A stretch of 64,000 nt of DNA from Thaumarchaeota archaeon UBA164 (lineage in GTDB: Archaea > Thermoproteota > Nitrososphaeria > Conexivisphaerales > UBA164): NCBI GenBank assembly GCA_002499005.1, contig DAJU01000005.1, forward strand, positions 20,540 through 84,539, read 5' to 3'. This document shows, piece by piece, positions 34,894-44,270 of the stretch. Position 1 is the first letter of the stretch, and the number at the start of each line of letters is the position of its first letter. Position numbers and translations under genes: made by a program. The notes under the pieces are model-generated. The model was not told the DNA's origin and ran no database searches. It worked only from the letters and a program-made list of their open reading frames with translations.

Positions 34894-36495
34894 TCACCAT
34901 TCAGCTTCCTTTATCATAAAGTAGGGGTTCCTGCTTCCCACTTCTGCGTACACGGCACCTTCTGAAAACTCCGTAAGCTCCCTTAGAAGATCCCCGCTTA
35001 TGTTCATCACCTTTGACTTGTAAAGCTTTGCCGTTCTATACAGCACAGAAGGGAAGCGAATCAGGTCTTTCAGGTAAGATGGGAACATTTCGAATATGAA
35101 CTTCTGTGAATTTTTGACAAGCTCCTCCTTCTTCGCGGTTGCAGCCTTTTTCCTCAGCAGCTTTCCCTTTATGTACTTCAGAACATAAAATGAGTAATGA
35201 CCGTAAAGCTGTAAAATCTGGGTTATCACAGGATGAACCCTTGTTCTCATAACCGGGGTCAGCAGGTCATACCTGTCCCAGTCAAGCGTAAACAGCTTGT
35301 TGTTCTTAACCGCATCATAAAATATCCTTGTGCCAGGGAGAGGCGTGTAAAGGCTAAATTGAACCGCATCCAGGCCAGCATCTGCAAGCTTGTGTGAAAA
35401 CCTTATGGTAGCAAGCATATCGCTTATGCTTTCGTAAGGAGCTCCAAGCATCATTCCGCCAAGAACTATAACGCCATTGCTGCTAAGAACCTGAACCGCC
35501 TTAACTGATTGGGGGGTGAATATGCCCTTGTGCATCTTCTTAAGCACCTCCTGGCTTCCTGATTCAATCCCTAGAAATGCTATTGTCATGCCAGCCTCGG
35601 CGCCTTTCTTTATAAGATCAGGGTTCTTTGATGTTACGTCAGCCCTCATCTGCACTATGAACTTAAAGTTATAGCCGCGGTCGATCATCATCTCAAACAG
35701 CCTGTACCTCTGTTTTATGTTTGGGTAAACCACGAATATATCGTCTGTGAAGAACACCCAGTCATATCCCAGCTTCTTAATCTGATCAAGCTCGGCAATT
35801 ATCCTGCTGACCGACTTGTTTCTCCACTTGTTGCCCCAGGTAGGCGTCACTGAACAGAAGTCACATGCATAAGGGCATCCCCTTGACGTTTCAACGCATG
35901 CAACCGTTTCATTTTTACCGAAGGTTGAAAACCTGTATTTTTCCCTTTTAACCAGATCAAACGCTGGCATGGGAAGCGAATCAAGGTCCTGTATAAGTGG
36001 CCTTGGCCTTGTCTTAACTATAGCTTGATTATTTCTGTAAACTATACCCGGTATCAATGAAAAATCGGACCCGTCCTCTATGGCCCTTGCTATGTCAATT
36101 ATTGTTCCATCACCTTCCCCAAGCACAGATATGTCAAATCCCTGTCTGACTATTTCATAAGGCAAAAACGTAGCGTGATGACCGCCCGCAACAGTTACCG
36201 TTCCCGGGCTGCTTTCCTTCACGGCATTGGCTATTTTGCATGCCGTTGTATGCGCGGCCGTTGCGTGCAGAGTTATCCCCACTATATCAGGCCTGAACTT
36301 TAACGTTTCATCTATTGCATCGTCAACGGACATTTCGTCAGCCTCCATATCTATGACCTTTGCAGAGCTTCCCTTTATCGTAAGGACGCAGCCGGCTAGC
36401 TGAAGCAGGCCAAGCGGCACAGGCAAAAAGCCCCACTTTGTCAGGTAAGCGCTGCCGGTTGGGTTTGAAGGCCTTATGAACACAGCCCTAACCAT
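34894..36495 (-). CDS. B12-binding-domain radical SAM enzyme (class B, 533 aa)
   Basis: N-terminal cobalamin-binding-type domain (DIVGITLHATAAH...TVAGGHHATF) followed by ETSRGCPYACDFCSV. Confidence 0.85.
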   Translation of the reverse strand: MVRAVFIRPSNPTGSAYLTKWGFLPVPLGLLQLAGCVLTIKGSSAKVIDMEADEMSVDDAIDETLKFRPDIVGITLHATAAHTTACKIANAVKESSPGTVTVAGGHHATFLPYEIVRQGFDISVLGEGDGTIIDIARAIEDGSDFSLIPGIVYRNNQAIVKTRPRPLIQDLDSLPMPAFDLVKREKYRFSTFGKNETVACVETSRGCPYACDFCSVTPTWGNKWRNKSVSRIIAELDQIKKLGYDWVFFTDDIFVVYPNIKQRYRLFEMMIDRGYNFKFIVQMRADVTSKNPDLIKKGAEAGMTIAFLGIESGSQEVLKKMHKGIFTPQSVKAVQVLSSNGVIVLGGMMLGAPYESISDMLATIRFSHKLADAGLDAVQFSLYTPLPGTRIFYDAVKNNKLFTLDWDRYDLLTPVMRTRVHPVITQILQLYGHYSFYVLKYIKGKLLRKKAATAKKEELVKNSQKFIFEMFPSYLKDLIRFPSVLYRTAKLYKSKVMNISGDLLRELTEFSEGAVYAEVGSRNPYFMIKEAEW

Positions 36496-36648
36496 TGTTC
36501 TGAATTTATGTTTAAGATTAAAAACTATTTTTTATAAAATTCTTTTATTAATTGCTTTTAAAACTGATCAGCTGTCAATCACGCATTGTTTAAATGCCAC
36601 ATTATTTGCACTATCACTAACAAAAAATGTACTCAGTTAAAAGATCAG

Positions 36649-36666
36649 CCATGTATTAATACATGG
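36649..36666. promoter_or_regulatory. perfect 18-bp palindrome CCATGTATTAATACATGG (candidate dimeric regulator site)
   Basis: Read directly from the sequence. It lies in the 188-bp divergent intergenic region and ends 17 nt before the GTG start at 36684. Confidence 0.4.
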
Positions 36667-36683
36667 GCACGCTGTCTTAATAT

Positions 36684-38621
36684 GTGGCCAACAGGCTGTC
36701 TGGCACAAAAAGCCCTTACCTGTTAATGCACGCCGATAACCCAGTCGACTGGTATCCATGGTCAAGAGATGCGTTTATAGCGGCGCAAAGGCTAGACAGG
36801 CCAATTTTCATATCAATTGGCTATTACTCCTGTCACTGGTGTCACAGGATGAACGATGATTGCTTTATGGACTCAGAAGTAGCGCGTTTAATGAACAGGG
36901 CTTTTGTCAACGTACTGGTTGATAGGGAGGAGAGACCGGATGTTGACAGCTATTATATGAAGGCTGCGGTTGCAATGAATGGGTTTGGCGGCTGGCCGCT
37001 TAACGTCATAGCTGACCAGCACGGAAGGCCTTTCTTTGCGACAACTTACATTCCAAAACACGGATCGATGAACTCAATGGGTATAATGGAACTTGTGCCG
37101 GCAGTTGAAAGGCTATGGGCAACTGACAGGGATAAGCTTCTTAAGTACTCGAGCACAGTCATTGAAAGCCTTTTTAGAAGGCCATCTGAGCAAAGGGCTT
37201 GTGACAAAATGGCGCTGCAGGAGCTTTTATCGTCGTTTGATGAGGAATATGGCGGATTTGGAACAGAGCCCAAGTTTCCCCCTTACGGTGCGCTCATGTT
37301 GCTTATGCTTAAAGGAGAAGCTAAAGTGGTTTCCAAGACGCTTTACGGCATGATAAACGGATGCCTGCAGGACCATGTTGAACACGGGTTTCACAGATAT
37401 ACTGTTGACAGAGCATGGCTTGTTCCCCATTTTGAAAAGATGCTTTATGACCAAGCGCTTTCTGTTTTGTGCTTTTCAGAGGCATTCAGGGTGATTGGCG
37501 ATAGGCTGTTCGCAAATGTGGCTAAAGACACGTTCATCTATATGACCAAAAGATTGCTTTCGCCTTATGGCGGATTTTATTCCTCTGAAGGTTCTGACAG
37601 CAAAGACGGGGAGGGAGGCTATTATATAATAAGGGACTTGGATGCGCTTGGCGCACAGCTGGGCTTTGACCCGAAGCCCATGCTGGTGAATATAGGGGAT
37701 GGCTACCTGCTGAAGCGACCTCCTGAGGGCAGAGAAGGATCGCTGATCATAGAAGCGATAACAAAGCTACGGGCTTTAAGGTCAAGGCCAGACTTGGATA
37801 GAAAGATCCTAACTGATTGGAATTCTCTAGCAGCTGCGTGCCTTGCATATGCGGGCTCTCTGCTTGGATCAGATGAAATGGTAGAAGTTGCTTCAAATGC
37901 GTTTAAGTTTGTCATCAGCGAAATGGAGGCTAACGGGGAGCTGATGCACTCTTGGTTTAATGGACGTGCGGAGGTAACTGGAATGCTTGAGGATTACGCA
38001 TATGCCATATGGGCGTCCATTGAGCTTTATGAAGCAACGCTGGACACCAGTTACCTGCAGGTAGCCCTGGAGCTGCTAGAAGCTCAGCACAAAAAGTTTG
38101 GGGGAAGTCTGCCCCTGTCAAAGAGCAATGAGCCTGCGTTGCCAGCTGTTGTGGAGACAGAGGACAGCGTTCTGCCTTCTGGCAATTCTATAACGCTTTA
38201 CAATCTGCTTCGGCTTTACTACATAACAGGGGACGAGCGCTTAATTGTGATGTATAAAGAACTGGGGAAGGCCATTGAGCCATACGCCTGTGGGATTCCT
38301 TCGGCACATGCTTTTTTTTACTGGGTAAGGGAAATCGAAAGAGCTGGACCAAGGTATGTCATAGTGGTTGGTGAAAGGCAACGCGCAGACGCGTTTCGGC
38401 GTGAATTTGCGAGGGTCCGCAGCCCAGGAGATGTTTTTGTGCTAAGGGAACCTGAAGATGGATACATAGATAAAATTTCAAGGAACGCCCGCGACTATGA
38501 AGCTAAACAAGGGAAGACAACAGCCTATGTTTGCAGTTATGGGCATTGCAGCCTGCCGCTTTACGAACCCGAGGATATGGTGAAAGAACTGACCCAGCAC
38601 GGTTCCAGTGAGCTGGCGTGA
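36684..38621 (+). CDS. thioredoxin-domain protein of the DUF255 / YyaL (SPATA20-like) family
   Basis: [17 protein letters not shown]...[16 protein letters not shown]-terminal thioredoxin-like module, followed by a long alpha/alpha-toroid-like C-terminal part. 645 aa. Confidence 0.9.
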   Translation: MANRLSGTKSPYLLMHADNPVDWYPWSRDAFIAAQRLDRPIFISIGYYSCHWCHRMNDDCFMDSEVARLMNRAFVNVLVDREERPDVDSYYMKAAVAMNGFGGWPLNVIADQHGRPFFATTYIPKHGSMNSMGIMELVPAVERLWATDRDKLLKYSSTVIESLFRRPSEQRACDKMALQELLSSFDEEYGGFGTEPKFPPYGALMLLMLKGEAKVVSKTLYGMINGCLQDHVEHGFHRYTVDRAWLVPHFEKMLYDQALSVLCFSEAFRVIGDRLFANVAKDTFIYMTKRLLSPYGGFYSSEGSDSKDGEGGYYIIRDLDALGAQLGFDPKPMLVNIGDGYLLKRPPEGREGSLIIEAITKLRALRSRPDLDRKILTDWNSLAAACLAYAGSLLGSDEMVEVASNAFKFVISEMEANGELMHSWFNGRAEVTGMLEDYAYAIWASIELYEATLDTSYLQVALELLEAQHKKFGGSLPLSKSNEPALPAVVETEDSVLPSGNSITLYNLLRLYYITGDERLIVMYKELGKAIEPYACGIPSAHAFFYWVREIERAGPRYVIVVGERQRADAFRREFARVRSPGDVFVLREPEDGYIDKISRNARDYEAKQGKTTAYVCSYGHCSLPLYEPEDMVKELTQHGSSELA

Positions 38622-39646
38622 ACAAAAAGGCGTTTTATTCTTTAATGTATATGATATCGACCGTCTCCCCACTTCCCCTTGCGGTTGAAAGGACAAATGC
38701 AGATGTTGCGTTGCTCAGCCTCCCGCTTATTGCATCCGTCTTCTACCTTACTTATGTTTCGTTAAATCTTGGATGGACGCCTCTGGGATTTTATGCTCAT
38801 GCAAGGGACGTAAACACGGGCCTAGCTTATGCTCAAGCAGGTCTGTGGCTGTTCAGCTATTTGCTTTACATCGTATACACGATATACTTCGTGTTCTTTT
38901 ATGAGCTGCGCCTTAGCCTTGTTACGGGCTCCATTTTATCATTGGCGTTTTTTCTGGCCTCTGCGTTGTTGATAGAGCTTGGCCTTTCAAATTACTTTTT
39001 TGCTGCCTCTGTAATACTGCAGATGGCCCTTATTATCCCAGTAGGGGCAAGGCTGATCCCGGCAACCGCTCTGCCATCGTTTAGCGGGCTCTTCCTGAAC
39101 CTTCTTACATCAAGCCTGCTCACCGTGTGTATAACGCTTTCAGCTTACTGGGATGGAACTGGGATAAACCCAAGGCTTATCGTTTTGCCATTTATAGTTT
39201 CAACGGTCGCTATTTTCCTCGGGTCATTTGTGGCGTATCCTGCGCTCATAGCGCAAGCGTCATCCGCAGGGCTGTTAACCATAGTCATTGCTGAGGAAAA
39301 CGCCACACTTGGCTTTTTGCGCCAGCTATCCAGAAAGACAGAAGTCGCCGCGCTTGTGGCCCTGGGCATTTTGCTGATCGCGGGATTTCCGTTTTATTGG
39401 AAAGCATATCTGCTTGAATCAACTGCTTCAGAATCGGCTCTTTACATATACCTTGTCCTTGCATTCATAGGGGTCGCCATAAAGGCACGGAAAGCATATG
39501 CTTATGCAGCGTTGATTCCTGCATCTTCACTTGCCGTTGCAGGAGAGGTTATATCGGCCGAATACTATCCCCAATCTTTCATGTATTTAATTGGGGTAAT
39601 TATACTAGTCTTTGTGTTTTACCTAATAGCTAAAAAGCGTATTTGA
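38618..39646 (+). CDS. polytopic membrane protein (342 aa), unknown function
   Basis: About 10 hydrophobic helices. GTG start in a GTGA overlap with the stop of the DUF255 gene. Confidence 0.6.
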   Translation: MNKKAFYSLMYMISTVSPLPLAVERTNADVALLSLPLIASVFYLTYVSLNLGWTPLGFYAHARDVNTGLAYAQAGLWLFSYLLYIVYTIYFVFFYELRLSLVTGSILSLAFFLASALLIELGLSNYFFAASVILQMALIIPVGARLIPATALPSFSGLFLNLLTSSLLTVCITLSAYWDGTGINPRLIVLPFIVSTVAIFLGSFVAYPALIAQASSAGLLTIVIAEENATLGFLRQLSRKTEVAALVALGILLIAGFPFYWKAYLLESTASESALYIYLVLAFIGVAIKARKAYAYAALIPASSLAVAGEVISAEYYPQSFMYLIGVIILVFVFYLIAKKRI

Positions 39647-39781
39647 TATTTAATATTAAATTTGCTAAACAATAACACTGTTATTTTTAAACATAATTCA
39701 TGGTTAATAATTTTTAAGCAATAAACATAAACAAATTTATTTAGTAATTATTAAATAAAAAATATAATTAAACAATAATTA

Positions 39782-40048
39782 ATGAAGTCAATAAGCGCCG
39801 TTGCAATAGCCGCAATTGTAGTAGTAGTTCTTGTGGTTGCCGGCGTTGCAGGATACTATTATATGTACATGCTACACAGCTCACAGCAAACGACCGGAAC
39901 CGCCAAGAGTTCATCATCTTCATCTTCAGCGCCAGCTGCTAGCACATCCCCAAGTTCTTCTGGCAACAGCACCTCCACGGCAGGCTCATCGGGATCAACT
40001 GGAAGCTCCAGCGGGTCCTCAGGAGGGGGCTCGCTCTGGGGCGTCTAA
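39782..40048 (+). CDS. small membrane-anchored Ser/Thr/Gly-rich protein (88 aa), possibly a truncated N-terminus of a surface or solute-binding protein
   Basis: MKSISAVAIAAIVVVVLVVAGVAGYYY anchor, then a low-complexity stretch SSSSSSSAPAASTSPSSSGNSTSTAGSSGSTGSSSGSSGGG. No globular domain follows. Confidence 0.45.
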   Translation: MKSISAVAIAAIVVVVLVVAGVAGYYYMYMLHSSQQTTGTAKSSSSSSSAPAASTSPSSSGNSTSTAGSSGSTGSSSGSSGGGSLWGV

Positions 40049-40053
40049 ACTAG

Positions 40054-40065
40054 TTTTTATTTTTT
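40054..40065 (+). terminator. oligo-T tract (TTTTTATTTTTT), archaeal-type terminator
   Basis: T5-A-T6 begins 6 nt after the TAA stop at 40046..40048. Confidence 0.5.
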
Positions 40066-40304
40066 AAAAAAACTATCTACAACTTTAGCCATCATTTTAA
40101 CGTTTAAAGACTTGCCATTTTTCTATTGTATGATTCTCCTCATTTCCTTAACCTACGTGTGCAAAAATTTTATAACAAAAGCCAAGCCGCGCGTTTTAAC
40201 CTGTTTGATGGCATAATTCCTTCAGCCCCTTTTACCGTTCTAATTTAGTGGCGTAATTACGTAAAAGTCAACAAAAGCTGTAGTATATAGTAATTTATAA
40301 CATG

Positions 40305-40389
40305 CGCCGGGGGCGGGATTTGAACCCGCAAGGGCTCATCGCCCACAGACTTAGCAGGCCTGCCCCATACCAGGTTAGGGGACCCCGGC
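40305..40389 (-). tRNA. tRNA-Ser (anticodon GCU), class II with a long variable arm
   Basis: Reverse complement: GCCGGGG...CAGGC-CTGCTAA-GTCTG-TGGGCGATGAGCCCT-T-GCGGG-TTCAAAT-CCCGC-CCCCGGC-G. Discriminator G73. Confidence 0.9.
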
Positions 40390-40502
40390 AATGGTATATG
40401 GTTAACCATTAGTGATTTTAAGCTTTTTGAAAAAGCCAGAAACTGGCGTCCAGCAATTTGAAGGTTAAAACTTATAAACACATGCGATAAATAACCATAG
40501 AT

Positions 40503-41600
40503 TTGTCAACAGCCGCGCCACAGCGCGTAAGCGTTATAATCCCGGTTTACAGAGGCAGCAGCACAGCTGTCGAAACCGTAAAAACGCTAGCGGCTGATCC
40601 TTATCAACAAAAGGAGATAATAGTAACTGTGGACGAGCCGGAGCGCGGCTTTGTAAACGAAATAAAGAAAGCCGGCGCGATCGTATTAGAATATGACAAG
40701 CGCAGGGGCAAGGTCACAGCCGCAAACGAGGCTGCAAAAATGGCTAGCGGCGAAATCCTTGTGTTTTTAGATTCAGATATAGTTGTTGAGCCGGGCTTTT
40801 TAACTAAAGCAATACCAGAGCTTGAGGGTTATGATTTGGTTGAATTTGCCAAGGCGGGCATTGGGGATGGCATAATCTCCGCTTTGGCCTCGATAGACTA
40901 TATAATATACGACGCCATGCTTGAGCTCGGCTCAAGAATTACAGGCCATAGCATCATGATGAACGGATCGGCATTCATGATAAGGAAGAAGGCGTTTGAA
41001 GCGATTGGCGGCTTTCGCAGAATGTATTCGGAGGACCTTGACTTTGCAGTAAGAAGCCTTAAGCACAACCTCAGGTACAAGCTTGCAAGAACGCCAATGG
41101 CTCTTGTTAAACAACCGAAAACTTTCAGTGACTGGGTGAATCAAAGAATCAGATGGGGTTATGGCCTGGCAGAATGGGCAAGGGTTCATGTTAAGGATCT
41201 TTTGGGGTCAACTGGCGTTTTATCGTTGCTTTTTCTTTCAATGCTTGTAATTCTTATACCGTCAATGACAGCGGCCGGGCTAATGTACATGCTCTCAACC
41301 CCTGTTGGGGCGCCTTTAATTTCATATGTTGAAGTGGCAATTTACACCTATAGGCTTGTTCCTGTTGGCCACGCCATGCTTGAGCCTGGCATCATAAAAA
41401 TCGCGTTTGCGCTTGTGGTAACGCCTGCCATAGTTATCCCTGCTTACTATATGCTGCACAGAGCCTATAAGGCACACACAAACCTCTTGTACCTGCTTGT
41501 TTATTATTATGTTTATCAACCGCTGCTTGCCTCTATATACATAATAGGGGCTATTCTTTATCTCCTGAAGTTAAGGATAGACCTTGAGTGGGTTGTATAA
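40503..41600 (+). CDS. family-2 glycosyltransferase with C-terminal TM helices (processive type)
   Basis: VSVIIPVYRG, DSD (FLDSDIVV) and the Q-x-x-R-W motif NQRIRWGYG. Four C-terminal TM helices. Confidence 0.85.
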   Translation: MSTAAPQRVSVIIPVYRGSSTAVETVKTLAADPYQQKEIIVTVDEPERGFVNEIKKAGAIVLEYDKRRGKVTAANEAAKMASGEILVFLDSDIVVEPGFLTKAIPELEGYDLVEFAKAGIGDGIISALASIDYIIYDAMLELGSRITGHSIMMNGSAFMIRKKAFEAIGGFRRMYSEDLDFAVRSLKHNLRYKLARTPMALVKQPKTFSDWVNQRIRWGYGLAEWARVHVKDLLGSTGVLSLLFLSMLVILIPSMTAAGLMYMLSTPVGAPLISYVEVAIYTYRLVPVGHAMLEPGIIKIAFALVVTPAIVIPAYYMLHRAYKAHTNLLYLLVYYYVYQPLLASIYIIGAILYLLKLRIDLEWVV

Positions 41601-42516
41601 AGAGCCAAAAAGGCGGGTTATTTTTTCATTTTTAAAGCCGGTCGGTATCAAAAACCTATTTAACAGAAAAAAGGAGCTTGCTTCGCTGCTCAGCAGCACC
41701 AGGAGTTTAGTGATAAGCGGCCCTTTTGGGATTGGCAAGTCGTCCATCCTGAAGTCCTTTAAGGAGCTTAACGCGGGAGCAGTGTTCATTGATGAAAAGG
41801 GATATGAGGACGGTGCGCTGGATCTAGCCTTGGAGGACCTAGCAAAGGGCCAATTTGAAGAAAAGACGTCTAATGAAGTCAAAGCTGCAGATAACGAGGA
41901 TAGCAAAACGACCCCCGTGTTGATTATGGATGAATGGCTAAACATAAAAATGGGAAGGGGATACTCCCGTCGTAAAAGGCTACTCTACAGCTTGATAAAG
42001 GAAGGCGCGATAAGGGTCATTTTTTCAAGCTCAGAAATTGGTCTAAACGAGGAAGCGTTAAACGATCCGCAGCTGCCATTTGGGAGATACATGGAGCTGA
42101 TTAAGCTGTCCCCATTTGATCTAGAAACATCTGTTGAATTTTTAAATGATGGGCTCAGGTATTATGGCGTGTCATGCGGCAAGAAGGCGCTTGAGGATGC
42201 GTATTACATTTCTGAGGGATTTCCTTTATGGCTAAACCTGATTGGAATTATAATGGTTGAAAGGAGATGCGACCCGCTCAGCGTGCTCAGGGATAAAAGA
42301 GCGCAAGGGCTTGTAGTTTCCAGACTAATGTCGCTTGGAAAAAAGCAGCGGGAAATGCTCCGAGCGCTGAGCATGGGACACAGGTTCACGGACGTCGGTC
42401 CCCATTCTAGAAGGGTGTTGCGCTCGCTTGTGCGGTCAGGGTATGTTATCTGTAATGACGGCTGTCATGTAGTTGACCCAATTATGTATGAAATGCTCAG
42501 GCGGGAGATTGTTTAG
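41584..42516 (+). CDS. archaeal-type AAA/STAND ATPase (Arch_ATPase-like) with a C-terminal wHTH
   Basis: FNRKKELASLLSSTRSLVISGPFGIGKSS (Walker A), LIMDEW (Walker B-like). C-terminal REMLRALSMGHRFTDV...LRSLVRSGYV is wHTH-like. Confidence 0.7.
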   Translation: MSGLYKEPKRRVIFSFLKPVGIKNLFNRKKELASLLSSTRSLVISGPFGIGKSSILKSFKELNAGAVFIDEKGYEDGALDLALEDLAKGQFEEKTSNEVKAADNEDSKTTPVLIMDEWLNIKMGRGYSRRKRLLYSLIKEGAIRVIFSSSEIGLNEEALNDPQLPFGRYMELIKLSPFDLETSVEFLNDGLRYYGVSCGKKALEDAYYISEGFPLWLNLIGIIMVERRCDPLSVLRDKRAQGLVVSRLMSLGKKQREMLRALSMGHRFTDVGPHSRRVLRSLVRSGYVICNDGCHVVDPIMYEMLRREIV

Positions 42517-43387
42517 CGCTTGGCAACACCTTGTTAAGCGCGTCCTTTGTTACGGTGCCTAGGTTGTCCCCGCTTATGACGGTTATGTTGCCCTTTTCAA
42601 ATGCTTGCAGTATTTCTTGCGGGAGCCTTGGAACAATTACCAGCAAAAGCCTTGATAAAGAAAGGCTCAGGTCGTAAAGTTGCGGAAGCTGCGCTATGAC
42701 GTTTTGCAATGAAACGTCGCTGAATTCCATTACAAGCACGCCAATGGTTTCAGTGCCTCCATTGAGAAGCATATCTAAGCTGTAACTGGCGCCGCTTGCG
42801 CCCTTAACAATCGCTGGCGCGCTTGAGCTGTATCCAATCTCTCCAAACGCCTTGGCCAAGCTGTTTATAAAAAGATCGTAGTCCTCTACCGCGATCCTTG
42901 CCTTTTCATCTATAACGTATTCTTTAACCTGAACGCTTATAGCGTCGCCGAGTTCAAACCTATGCCCGTTTTGGCACATAAGGACTATCTTTGGTGAATT
43001 CACAAGTTCGCCCTCAGAACACCTGAACCAGTAAAGCCGGGTGATGCCCTTCCTTCCTTTCGCTTCGTCACGGTTGAGCAATTGCCCTGTAGTCATGTCT
43101 TCATAAAGCTCCGATTTGACCACAGGCTTATTGTGAACTGGGCAGTAAAGGGTCACCCTGAGCTCTGTGCTTCCATCATAAGGACATGCGATAAAGCTTT
43201 CACCCACCAGCTCCTTTACAACTCCTGAAGCCTTCAGCAGTTCTATGTTGCCCTTGCTAACCGGCCTTCCGTCAACAAAGTAATCTACCGATCTGTCCTG
43301 CGCGTTTATTTTATAAGAAAGCGACTTCCCGCTAAGAAGATTGCGTATTGCTAATTTTAGTTCAGGGTTCCTGAGGGCTTCATACAT
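42497..43387 (-). CDS. uncharacterised protein with two Cys/His knuckle pairs and a C-terminal alpha/beta domain
   Basis: ACPYDGS...LYCPVH and FRCSEGE...LMCQNGH. C-terminal segment IVKGASGASYSLDMLLNGGTETIGVLVMEF. Its 3' end overlaps the ATPase gene by 20 nt (convergent). Confidence 0.6.
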   Translation of the reverse strand: MYEALRNPELKLAIRNLLSGKSLSYKINAQDRSVDYFVDGRPVSKGNIELLKASGVVKELVGESFIACPYDGSTELRVTLYCPVHNKPVVKSELYEDMTTGQLLNRDEAKGRKGITRLYWFRCSEGELVNSPKIVLMCQNGHRFELGDAISVQVKEYVIDEKARIAVEDYDLFINSLAKAFGEIGYSSSAPAIVKGASGASYSLDMLLNGGTETIGVLVMEFSDVSLQNVIAQLPQLYDLSLSLSRLLLVIVPRLPQEILQAFEKGNITVISGDNLGTVTKDALNKVLPSAKQSPA

Positions 43388-43469
43388 GTTATGCGTTATT
43401 TTTGTCCCATTCGATTTAATAAATATTTCTAAGCATCAGCAGAGCTGAATATGCCAAGCGCCAACGGTG

Positions 43470-44270
43470 TCAGTTCCCGAAGTTTCTTTTTCTTGACATG
43501 TAAGTCCTTATGGCTCTAAGAAAGTCTATCTTTCTCAGTTCAGGCCATGTAAGGTCTATAAACACAAGCTCAGAGTATGCGGACTGATATATCATAAAAT
43601 CGCTTAACCTCATTTCACCTGATGTCCTTATTATGAGGTCTGGCTCCGGATACGTGTGATCTCCCGTTGAAAGCTCCTTTAGAAACACATCCTGAGTTAT
43701 TTCAAGGGGCTTCATCTCCCCCATGCTGACCTTTGCGGCTATCTTTCTTACAGCATCAATTATCTCCTCTCTGCCGCTGTAGGCAACCGCTATGTTCAAA
43801 ATAAATCCGCTGTTGTCCTTTGTGAGTTCTTCAAGCCTTTTAAACCTCTCCTGCAGCTCCTGCGGAAGCAGCTCGACGCGCCCTATTGCCCTTACCCTTA
43901 TCCCGTATCTTTTTATATAACCCTCCCGCTCAAGCTTATCCAGCTTATCCAGCATAAGGCCAAATATCGTGTTCAGCTGTTCCCTAGGCCGCTTCATAAA
44001 ATTGTCAAGCGAAAGGGCATAGAGCGTCAAGACCTTTATCCCGTAATCAACGCTCCATCTGACTATCTGCTCAGCCCTGTCAGCGCCTTGCCTGTACCCG
44101 TCAACAAACGTAAGGCCCATCTTTGACGCCCATCTCCTGTTCCCATCCATTATTACGCCAACATGACGTGGCACGTTTCCCCCCTTTATCTCATTTTCCA
44201 GAACCTTTATGTACAGTGCCTCAATTCCAAGCGCCTTTGCAACAACCCTTACCGCTCTAGCTAGGTTCAT
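43470..44270 (-). CDS. uppS: cis-prenyltransferase (undecaprenyl / tritrans,polycis-polyprenyl diphosphate synthase)
   Basis: HVGVIMDGNRRWA, TLYALSLDNFKR-like (LYALSLDNFMKRP), and IRTSGEMRLSDF. Confidence 0.92.
   Translation of the reverse strand: MNLARAVRVVAKALGIEALYIKVLENEIKGGNVPRHVGVIMDGNRRWASKMGLTFVDGYRQGADRAEQIVRWSVDYGIKVLTLYALSLDNFMKRPREQLNTIFGLMLDKLDKLEREGYIKRYGIRVRAIGRVELLPQELQERFKRLEELTKDNSGFILNIAVAYSGREEIIDAVRKIAAKVSMGEMKPLEITQDVFLKELSTGDHTYPEPDLIIRTSGEMRLSDFMIYQSAYSELVFIDLTWPELRKIDFLRAIRTYMSRKRNFGN

Noticed and set aside
39831-40067. 78-aa ORF overlapping the Ser-rich ORF in another frame.
   Set aside because: This is an alternative frame of the same low-complexity DNA. Its Pro/His/Gln/Arg-rich translation has no hydrophobic core or signal sequence. 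The 39782 frame, with a clear membrane anchor, is the better candidate.
43925-43950. Short tandem duplication CTTATCCAG CTTATCCAG.
   Set aside because: It lies inside uppS and simply encodes LDKLDKL in frame. It is not a CRISPR or microsatellite feature. No CRISPR-like spaced repeats were seen anywhere in the window.
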